From the UHGV virus genome UHGV-1363679: a stretch of DNA of 40,131 nucleotides. One strand, written 5' to 3'. The translations under genes and the position numbers were made by a program. Positions within the stretch are counted from its first letter, which is position 1; the number at the start of each line of letters is the position of its first letter. The stretch comes from a virus. Below the pieces are notes generated by a model that saw only the letters and a list, made by a program, of their open reading frames with translations, made no database searches and was not told the DNA's origin. Positions 33,721-40,131 of the stretch are shown one piece after another.

Positions 33721-35484
33721 ATGGCTATCGAGCAAATTAAAGAAACCGACACGCTGAATCAAGGTCGAATAAAAATTAATGCAATTTTGGATCAATCTAA
33801 TACTGCTGTTGAAAAAATAAATGATTATCAAAGTCAGTTGACAGAAGGAATTAATGATGCCAAAAAAATTGCTGACGATGCCGGAAAAGAAGCCGTACAA
33901 ATTGCAGAACAAGCAGGGAATCAAGCGAATGAAACAGCAAACCAAGCTTTAACTAATTCTCAAACGGCTATTAATACTTCAAATCAAGCGGTATCTACAG
34001 CAAACAACAATAAACAAGAATTTGATGCTTTGCGTAATGACTTTGAAAAACTTGTTGGAGAAGCTGGTGACAGTAATCCTGAAATCGTACAAGCGAGAAC
34101 AGATACACAAGGGATAACACAATCAACATTAGCTACTCGATTACAAGTTGACTTTAATGACCGCATGACAAAATCAGAAGGAGTATCGTTACTTTCTGGA
34201 ACAACAAACGTAAAAGTACCTATGGATTTCACTGGAAAAACAGCGGGTAATACAGCAACAAATGCAAATCAATATTTTACAGATGTAACAGCTAAAGTAC
34301 TAAAAAAACCAAAAGATACATGGAATGAAGTTTCTCAATCTGATTACAACAAATTAGTAAGCCGTGATGATTCTGGAGTGAGTAGTGGTTCGACGCAAAG
34401 CGGAGTTATACCACAACAGTTAGGAGTGTTCAATGCTTTAGAAGCTGCAAAAAAATTAATTCCTCAAAATTTTGAAGGATTAAGTCAAGAAGAAGCGGTG
34501 GTTTTATTAAAAGATAGTTTTGTCGCTTTTACTATTAGTGAACGTGTTAAAGCCACTACACCTAACAACAAAACAATTAAAGTTTCCACTTATATTGAGT
34601 CAACTGACTCGTGGACCACTCAAATTCAAGAAAATGCTGGCGAATACAAAGATTTATCAGTTCAAGTCACTGATAAAAATTTCATTACTAGCGAGGGTCT
34701 TATCTATCTAATTAGCTATACAGATCCATCAAATGGAGTGACAACTGCTAATCTGGATGTTGACTATTCAGCTATTCAATTAGAAATTAGTATTAATGCG
34801 CAAGATGTATTAGCAAAAAGTGGCTTTGTAAGAGAGGAACAACTAAAGGAGCATACGGAAAGTCAAGACAATCCACATAAAGTGACAGCAAGTCAAGTTG
34901 GCTTGGGCAATGTTAAAAATTATGGATTTGCTACTGATAGCGAAGCATCTGCTGGAACATCAACGACCAAATATATGAGCCCTAAAAATGTTGCAGATGC
35001 TATTAAAGGGCAAGCGGTGACTCAAACTGGAGACCAAGAAATAGCAGGAACAAAAGATTTTATGAATCCTCCGAAAATCGCTGGACAAACTGTTATTTCT
35101 GAAAAAGTAATAGCTTTTTCTGCCCCTAATACAGTATCAATCAGTGGTACAGGAATTAAGGTCATTCCTATTTCTCAAAAGGTCATCACTAATAATGAAT
35201 TTTTTGAGTTATCAGCGAATAAAATTAAAGTATTAAAAGATGGAATAATTAGTGTTGTTACTAGCTATACAACCAATGCTCCAGCAGGTTGGTGTAATAT
35301 TGAGCTTACAAAGAATAATGCGGTTATGAACAGGAGTAATCAAGGTACAGGAGGATTACACGCTGCTGGTTTGACAGATGTATTTGATGTAAAAGCTGGC
35401 GATACTATTGCATTTCAAAGTAATTCTAATCAATCTTCATATACGGTTTTATATTTGAGAGGATTTTTAAGATACTTAACGTGA
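33721..35484 (+). CDS. Receptor-binding / upper baseplate protein (BppU-like N-terminus).
   Basis: MAIEQIKETDTLNQGRIKINAILDQSN is BppU_N-like. Coiled-coil middle. Beta-rich C-terminus. Start at ATG 33721 (TAGGAGTGAGAAA-ATG), not the ORF-track 33688. Confidence 0.65.
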   Translation: MAIEQIKETDTLNQGRIKINAILDQSNTAVEKINDYQSQLTEGINDAKKIADDAGKEAVQIAEQAGNQANETANQALTNSQTAINTSNQAVSTANNNKQEFDALRNDFEKLVGEAGDSNPEIVQARTDTQGITQSTLATRLQVDFNDRMTKSEGVSLLSGTTNVKVPMDFTGKTAGNTATNANQYFTDVTAKVLKKPKDTWNEVSQSDYNKLVSRDDSGVSSGSTQSGVIPQQLGVFNALEAAKKLIPQNFEGLSQEEAVVLLKDSFVAFTISERVKATTPNNKTIKVSTYIESTDSWTTQIQENAGEYKDLSVQVTDKNFITSEGLIYLISYTDPSNGVTTANLDVDYSAIQLEISINAQDVLAKSGFVREEQLKEHTESQDNPHKVTASQVGLGNVKNYGFATDSEASAGTSTTKYMSPKNVADAIKGQAVTQTGDQEIAGTKDFMNPPKIAGQTVISEKVIAFSAPNTVSISGTGIKVIPISQKVITNNEFFELSANKIKVLKDGIISVVTSYTTNAPAGWCNIELTKNNAVMNRSNQGTGGLHAAGLTDVFDVKAGDTIAFQSNSNQSSYTVLYLRGFLRYLT

Positions 35485-35557
35485 TAATGATTTTTATAAA
35501 TTTATTTAAATGAAATAACCGTTTAGCAAAAAGCTAAGCGGTTTTTAAATTGGAGGA

Positions 35558-35785
35558 ATGATTTTGTCAAATGAAATAGTTGTTGCTGTAATAGGGTTAG
35601 TAGGCAGTACATTTGGTGCGTTTATTGGCGTGGTAGCTAGTGCCAATTTGACAGCTTACAGAATAGAACAGTTAGAAAAAAAAGTAGAAAAACATAATGG
35701 TGTAATTGAAAGAACCTTTAAATTAGAAGGTCGAATGCAAGAAGCGGAACATGACATAATAGAATTGAAAGGAGCAAAAAAATGA
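35558..35785 (+). CDS. Small membrane protein with coiled coil (lysis-associated; XhlA-like architecture).
   Basis: One N-terminal TM then a charged helix. Immediately upstream of the holin. Confidence 0.4.
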   Translation: MILSNEIVVAVIGLVGSTFGAFIGVVASANLTAYRIEQLEKKVEKHNGVIERTFKLEGRMQEAEHDIIELKGAKK

Positions 35786-35985
35786 TTCTACCAGATAAGT
35801 ACTACAAAATTATCAAATGGGGAGTACTTACTGTACTTCCAGCCATATCTGTTTTAGTAGCAACGTTAGGCAAAGGTTATGGATGGCAGCAAACAGATAT
35901 GGCTGTTTTAACTATCAATGCCATTGCAACTTTTTTAGGAGTAGTAACAGGTGTGTCAGCATATAATTTAAAAGACAAGGAGTAA
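35782..35985 (+). CDS. Holin (two TM segments).
   Basis: 67 aa with two hydrophobic helices and a charged C-terminus (NLKDKE). Directly upstream of the endolysin. Confidence 0.6.
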   Translation: MILPDKYYKIIKWGVLTVLPAISVLVATLGKGYGWQQTDMAVLTINAIATFLGVVTGVSAYNLKDKE

Positions 35986-35990
35986 ACGAA

Positions 35991-37250
35991 TTGAAAAAGA
36001 AAATTTTAGTCGGAGCGTTAATCGCTCTATTTTTTATGCCTTTAAATGTATTTGCTACCAAAGGCGATCAAGGTGTTGATTGGGCCATTTATCAAGGTGA
36101 ACAAGGTCGTTTTGGTTATGCTCATGATAAATTCGCTATTGCTCAAATTGGCGGCTACAATGCTAGTGGTATTTACGAGCAGTATACCTATAAAACGCAA
36201 GTAGCAAGTGCCATTGCTCAAGGAAAACGAGCGCACACTTATATCTGGTACGATACGTTCGGTAGCATGGACATTGCTAAAACAACAATGGATTATTTCT
36301 TGCCACGTATCCAAACGCCTAAAAATTCCATTGTTGCATTAGATTTTGAACATGGAGCTAGTCCTGATGTAAACGCCAATACGGAAACAATCCTATATGG
36401 CATGCGCCGAATTAAACAAGCAGGGTACACGCCAATGTATTATTCATACAAACCTTTTACATTGCAATATGTAGATTATCAGCGAATTATTAAAGAATTT
36501 CCTAACTCTTTATGGATTGCTGCATATCCTAGTTATGAGGTAACACCAAGTCCATTGTATAACTATTTTCCAAGTATGGATGGTATTGCAATTTGGCAGT
36601 TTACATCTACTTATATTGCTGGTGGGTTAGATGGTAACGTAGACTTAACAGGTATCACTGATAATGGTTATACGGCTACTGACAAACCAGAAACGGACAC
36701 ACCAGCTATTGAGGAAGGTAAAGAAGCAGATAAAACACCTACTTCTGCAGTTGAAGTCGGTGATACCGTCAAAGTGAAATTTAATGTTGATGCTTGGGCA
36801 ACTGGTGAAGCTATTCCAGATTGGGTAAAAGGAAACAGCTATAAAGTGCAAGAAGTAACTGGAAGCAGAGTGTTGCTAGAAGGCATCTTATCGTGGATTA
36901 GTAAAGGCGATATTGAACTATTGCCAGATTCAACAACTGTTCCTGATAAACAACCAGAAGTAACACATGTGGTTCAATATGGCGATACATTATCGAGCAT
37001 TGCTTACCAATACGGTACTGATTATCAAACTTTAGCTTCGTTAAATGAATTGGCTAATCCAAACCTTATTTACCCTGGACAATTTTTGAAAGTAAATGGA
37101 TCAGCAGTAAGCAACGTTTACACGGTTCAATACGGTGATAATTTATCAAGTATTGCAGCCAAACTTGGTACGACATACCAAGCTTTAGCACAGCGAAACA
37201 GGTTAACTAATTTTAACTTAATTTATCCAGGGCAAACATTAATTTATTAG
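35991..37250 (+). CDS. Endolysin: GH25 muramidase with an N-terminal Sec signal peptide and two C-terminal LysM repeats.
   Basis: Signal peptide [24 protein letters not shown]25-like GVDWAIYQG...FAIAQIG. LysM repeats [43 protein letters not shown] and [46 protein letters not shown] start 35991. Confidence 0.8.
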   Translation: MKKKILVGALIALFFMPLNVFATKGDQGVDWAIYQGEQGRFGYAHDKFAIAQIGGYNASGIYEQYTYKTQVASAIAQGKRAHTYIWYDTFGSMDIAKTTMDYFLPRIQTPKNSIVALDFEHGASPDVNANTETILYGMRRIKQAGYTPMYYSYKPFTLQYVDYQRIIKEFPNSLWIAAYPSYEVTPSPLYNYFPSMDGIAIWQFTSTYIAGGLDGNVDLTGITDNGYTATDKPETDTPAIEEGKEADKTPTSAVEVGDTVKVKFNVDAWATGEAIPDWVKGNSYKVQEVTGSRVLLEGILSWISKGDIELLPDSTTVPDKQPEVTHVVQYGDTLSSIAYQYGTDYQTLASLNELANPNLIYPGQFLKVNGSAVSNVYTVQYGDNLSSIAAKLGTTYQALAQRNRLTNFNLIYPGQTLIY

Positions 37251-37262
37251 GAGAGTGGCAGT

Positions 37263-37643
37263 ATGAAATCAGAAATAAAAAAACATATTCGTCAATTATT
37301 ATGTGATTATAAAAAAATAGAAAAACAATTAAAAAAGTATGAAGATGCATTAGTTTACCCCCAATCTTCTTTTTCTTTATACTTTGAAGAAAAGTCAAAT
37401 GAAAAAATAAGTTTGAACCAAATAGTTTTTCATAAGTTTTTTTTAAATACAGTTGAAGAGGTTTTATCAGATGCAACATCGGATGTACGTGATATTTTTA
37501 TTTCTAAGTATAAAAATGGCTATCCACGTAAAAAGAATGAAATTGTGGCCTATGAAACTTATTTAAGTTTATCAACGATTAAAAGGAGGGATAGTGAATT
37601 CTTAGAGGAATTAGCACGACAATTAGGTTGGTTAGAAGTTTGA
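37263..37643 (+). CDS. Second RinA/ArpU-like sigma-type regulator (126 aa).
   Basis: N-terminal IRQLLCDYKKIEKQLKKYEDAL parallels RinA (LCDYPNYHKQLEDLRSEI). C-terminal HTH LSLSTIKRRDSEFLEELARQLGWLEV parallels RinA ...ISRLAEELG. Confidence 0.5.
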   Translation: MKSEIKKHIRQLLCDYKKIEKQLKKYEDALVYPQSSFSLYFEEKSNEKISLNQIVFHKFFLNTVEEVLSDATSDVRDIFISKYKNGYPRKKNEIVAYETYLSLSTIKRRDSEFLEELARQLGWLEV

Positions 37644-37731
37644 GCAAAAAAAGGGTGTGTTTAGTTATAGACTTTAGATAAGGACATATGTTCTCCATGG
37701 ACGCATGGAAAGAATATTAAGGAGGGGAATT

Positions 37732-38997
37732 ATGGCAGACACATGGTTAAGTCCTCTTGCTGTTTCTTATCAAGCAACTCAAGAATGGGATGAACCTGAT
37801 TATTTGAGCGGAGGACAAGCAGGAATTCACGGAGGCATTGACTTAGCTCCAAAAGCAGGTACTAATCCACCTGTTTATTCAGCTAAATCTGGGACAGTAG
37901 AAGAGGTAGTACCAAATCATCCAATTGGTGGTAATTACATTGTTATCAGACATATGGATAACTACTGGACCTATTATGGGCATTTAGCAACTATAAATGT
38001 ATCAGTAGGACAACAAGTAACAAATCAAACGGTTCTTGGATTATGTGGAGCAACTGGGGGTGCCACAGGTATCCATCTTCATTTTGAAGTATGGCGTGGT
38101 GGTAAATGGCAGAGAATCAATCCACGAGAAGTAATTAATTTAGATGGATCTGGCAGAGACTCTAGTAATAACGGTGGCAATGGTGGAATTTATACAGGTG
38201 GAGCTTTATTAAATGCAGGAAAAAGCATTTCAGAATCAAATATTCGTCTAATCATTTCTGCTGGAAAAAAATATAATATCAAGCCAAGTTTTATGATTGC
38301 ACAAATGTTTATTGAAAGTCATTGGGGAGATCCAAGCATTTCAATTGTTGGAAGTAAAGACAATAATTGGGCAGGAATTTCAGAACCTTTTAGCGTTCCA
38401 GCTGATTTAGGAATTAATATGAGTCGTGGATCAGCAAGACCAGTTGGTGAAGGTGGTTATTATATTCATTTTGCAACCATGAACGATTTTTTTAAAGCAT
38501 ATGCATTTGTATTATCAAAAAGAAATGGCTTATATAATGTTGAAGGTGCAAATTCAATTGAAGAATACTGTAAAGGCTTATTTCGCATAGGTGGAGCAAA
38601 TTCAGACTATGCCGCGACAGGCTATCAAAATTATTTTAATATGTTAATACCAACTTATAATTCAATAAACAAACAAAATCCTGGTAAACTTGCACAAATT
38701 GATGCAAGTACTGAAGAAATTACTAATAATGGAGGACTGACAACTATGCAATGTTTATATGAACGACCAATTAATCCGAATACTGGAGCTTTAGATATAA
38801 ATGGCTCAGCAACTACAATGATGTTTTGTAATGGGGTCAATACACGACGAGTATATCATAATGATGAAATTAATATTGTTAAAGAGCTATATCGTAAAAA
38901 CAATGGAAAAGAAATCCCGGTATATTATAAAAAAGATTGGCCTAAAACTTCGCCATGGTATATTCGACTAGAGGCAATGTTTCCAGTAGTGAAATGA
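37732..38997 (+). CDS. Two-catalytic-domain peptidoglycan hydrolase: N-terminal M23 (LytM-type) peptidase, central GH73 glucosaminidase, C-terminal ~140-aa putative wall-binding region. No signal peptide.
   Basis: M23 motifs HGGIDLA...HLHFEV. GH73-like PSFMIAQMFIESHWG. Start at ATG 37732 (AGGAGGGGAATT-ATG). Confidence 0.7.
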   Translation: MADTWLSPLAVSYQATQEWDEPDYLSGGQAGIHGGIDLAPKAGTNPPVYSAKSGTVEEVVPNHPIGGNYIVIRHMDNYWTYYGHLATINVSVGQQVTNQTVLGLCGATGGATGIHLHFEVWRGGKWQRINPREVINLDGSGRDSSNNGGNGGIYTGGALLNAGKSISESNIRLIISAGKKYNIKPSFMIAQMFIESHWGDPSISIVGSKDNNWAGISEPFSVPADLGINMSRGSARPVGEGGYYIHFATMNDFFKAYAFVLSKRNGLYNVEGANSIEEYCKGLFRIGGANSDYAATGYQNYFNMLIPTYNSINKQNPGKLAQIDASTEEITNNGGLTTMQCLYERPINPNTGALDINGSATTMMFCNGVNTRRVYHNDEINIVKELYRKNNGKEIPVYYKKDWPKTSPWYIRLEAMFPVVK

Positions 38998-39009
38998 TTT
39001 TATGTAAAT

Positions 39010-39044
39010 AACCCTATTCCTAATAGAATAGGGTTATTTTTATT
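39010..39044 (+). terminator. Rho-independent terminator (AACCCTATTC-ctaata-GAATAGGGTT followed by ATTTTTATT) at the prophage right end.
   Basis: 10-bp perfect stem plus T-run. Overlaps the candidate attR core. Confidence 0.65.
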
Positions 39045-39060
39045 AACAGAAGTTTGAAAT

Positions 39061-40131
39061 TTATTTTGATAAATTAACAATTATACAATCATCTACCACT
39101 CTGATGGAATCTTTACTAGGCCAGACGTTCATTTCCGCTTGTAAAGCTTTGTGTTTTTCAAAATCTTCTGGTGTAGGATCATTAAAATTTAATCCAAATG
39201 TTTTCATATAAACTAGAGTATTTAAACTAGTGTGCACCGAGTTAGGCATGAATTCAAATAATGAAACACCGTTTGTTTCACCTTTTATATTCGAAACATT
39301 CCGAGGAGAACGATTTCCATACATTAAAAGTTTATAGGATTCAGGATTTTCAATTTCCATTGAATAAATGTTATTTGTAATCATTTCAGCAGTACGTAAA
39401 TCTTCTTCCGCTGTTAGATACTCAGAATATTCTAGGTTGGTTGTTTCCCGAACTTGAATAAAAGTAAAGAGAATTACTATACCAATTAATAAATGTTTAA
39501 GCACAAAGTTGTATCCCCAGTAAATCATAATAAAGATGAGTAATAACGCTAAAACAGCAGGAAAGTTAGGTACTTCACCTCTAATTGCTGGACGTTTTCC
39601 ACCTAAAATTGTAAACATGAGTGGAGTGATTAGAATACCTAACAAGGTAATAAAGATGAAGAAAACATTTTTGCGTTTCAGATAGGACATATTAATTAAT
39701 ACAATGACCAGTAAAAGAACACATATCAAAAACAGCGGTGTAAAAAAAGTGTCTCCGACTGGAGGGAAGAATAGTTCTTTGGCGTAATCTTTAATATCGT
39801 TGATAGAATCTATAAAGGGACGTTTACCCCAAAGAATCATATTATCTAGATAGGAGCTTTCAACTTTTAAAACTTTTTTCGCTAACATCGCCATTAGTTG
39901 AGATAGAACGAGAGATGAAATAGCTAGTAGAATAAAATGGCCGATTTTGAAGGCATAGTCTTTAAAAGAAATTTTAAGATCATTTAACTGAGCAAAATAC
40001 AATGCCATTAAAATCTTGAATAAAATTAAGGTACACGCAAATACAAAGAATGATTGATACATAGTAAGTGTAAACGTCAGTAACAAAAAGCCGAATAATT
40101 TAAAAATTTTATTGGAAATATGGTAAATAGT
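39061..40131 (-). CDS. 3' part of a host polytopic membrane protein gene (multi-TM N-region plus ~150-aa C-terminal soluble domain). The gene starts beyond the window end.
   Basis: The ORF-track M at 40086 is internal, because the frame stays open to 40131. Many hydrophobic helices. Confidence 0.5.
   Translation of the reverse strand, partial: TIYHISNKIFKLFGFLLLTFTLTMYQSFFVFACTLILFKILMALYFAQLNDLKISFKDYAFKIGHFILLAISSLVLSQLMAMLAKKVLKVESSYLDNMILWGKRPFIDSINDIKDYAKELFFPPVGDTFFTPLFLICVLLLVIVLINMSYLKRKNVFFIFITLLGILITPLMFTILGGKRPAIRGEVPNFPAVLALLLIFIMIYWGYNFVLKHLLIGIVILFTFIQVRETTNLEYSEYLTAEEDLRTAEMITNNIYSMEIENPESYKLLMYGNRSPRNVSNIKGETNGVSLFEFMPNSVHTSLNTLVYMKTFGLNFNDPTPEDFEKHKALQAEMNVWPSKDSIRVVDDCIIVNLSK

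Larger units (their letters stand above)
1429..39012. mobile_element. Integrated temperate siphovirus-like prophage (int ... lysis cassette). Boundaries are approximated by an 11-bp direct repeat (ATGTAAATAAC) at 1429..1439 and 39002..39012.
   Basis: Complete collinear phage modules: integrase, switch, replication, packaging, head, tail, lysis. The integrase sits at the left end next to AGGGGCA arm-like repeats. An 11-bp identical direct repeat flanks the block. Host-like genes lie outside it. Confidence 0.7.

Noticed and set aside
1-40131. Possibility that the prophage interrupted a single host membrane-protein gene (left and right flank ORFs as two halves)
   Set aside because: Both flanking ORFs are on the minus strand. 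The left one has its own ATG start and RBS at 432. The right one ends with a stop at 39061. Their orientation and boundaries are inconsistent with one split gene. They look like separate, possibly paralogous, host genes.

Overview
The window is dominated by a single near-complete temperate siphovirus-type prophage of about 37.5 kb (roughly 1430..39010). It sits in AT-rich DNA (low GC by eye, not counted) that looks like low-GC Firmicutes / Lactobacillales; the host species is not determined. Host flank: two polytopic membrane-protein genes on the minus strand (<1..432 and 39061..>40131) and a Ser/Thr-rich lipoprotein gene (809..1390). The prophage is collinear and modular, left to right. Lysogeny: tyrosine integrase, an Ltp-family surface lipoprotein, an ImmA/IrrE peptidase and an XRE repressor, all on the minus strand. 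A divergent promoter/operator switch region follows (5170..5258), then cro, an excisionase-position small gene and a Rha antirepressor. Replication/recombination: Sipho_Gp157, a Sak4-like ATPase, an HNH-like protein, a replisome organizer with internal iteron ori, MazG and SSB. Then a run of small early genes (YopX, a DUF1642-like protein, zinc ribbons, an acidic protein) and the ArpU late activator. Next is a stand-alone promoter-gene-terminator moron (16543..17187) encoding a TM plus coiled-coil protein. Packaging and head: TerS, TerL, portal, a Mu-F-like head protein, scaffold and MCP. Tail: connector and completion proteins, a TP901-1-type major tail protein, a separate Big_2 Ig-like protein, the G/GT tail chaperone with a canonical AAATTTC -1 frameshift, TMP (1135 aa), Dit, Tal (with Gly-rich and HxH repeat segments) and a BppU-type RBP. 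Lysis: a small TM protein, a holin, and a Sec-signal GH25 endolysin with two LysM repeats. At the att-proximal end sits a second RinA/ArpU-like regulator paired with an M23+GH73 peptidoglycan hydrolase. The most unusual observation concerns the 3' ends of the major capsid gene and the major tail gene. Each carries a -1 slip site followed by a 0-frame stop and a hairpin. The two -1 frames encode homologous 21-aa C-terminal tags (15/21 identical). The tail tag is in the same frame as, and only 15 nt upstream of, the Big_2 ORF. No CRISPR array, tRNA or rRNA was seen.
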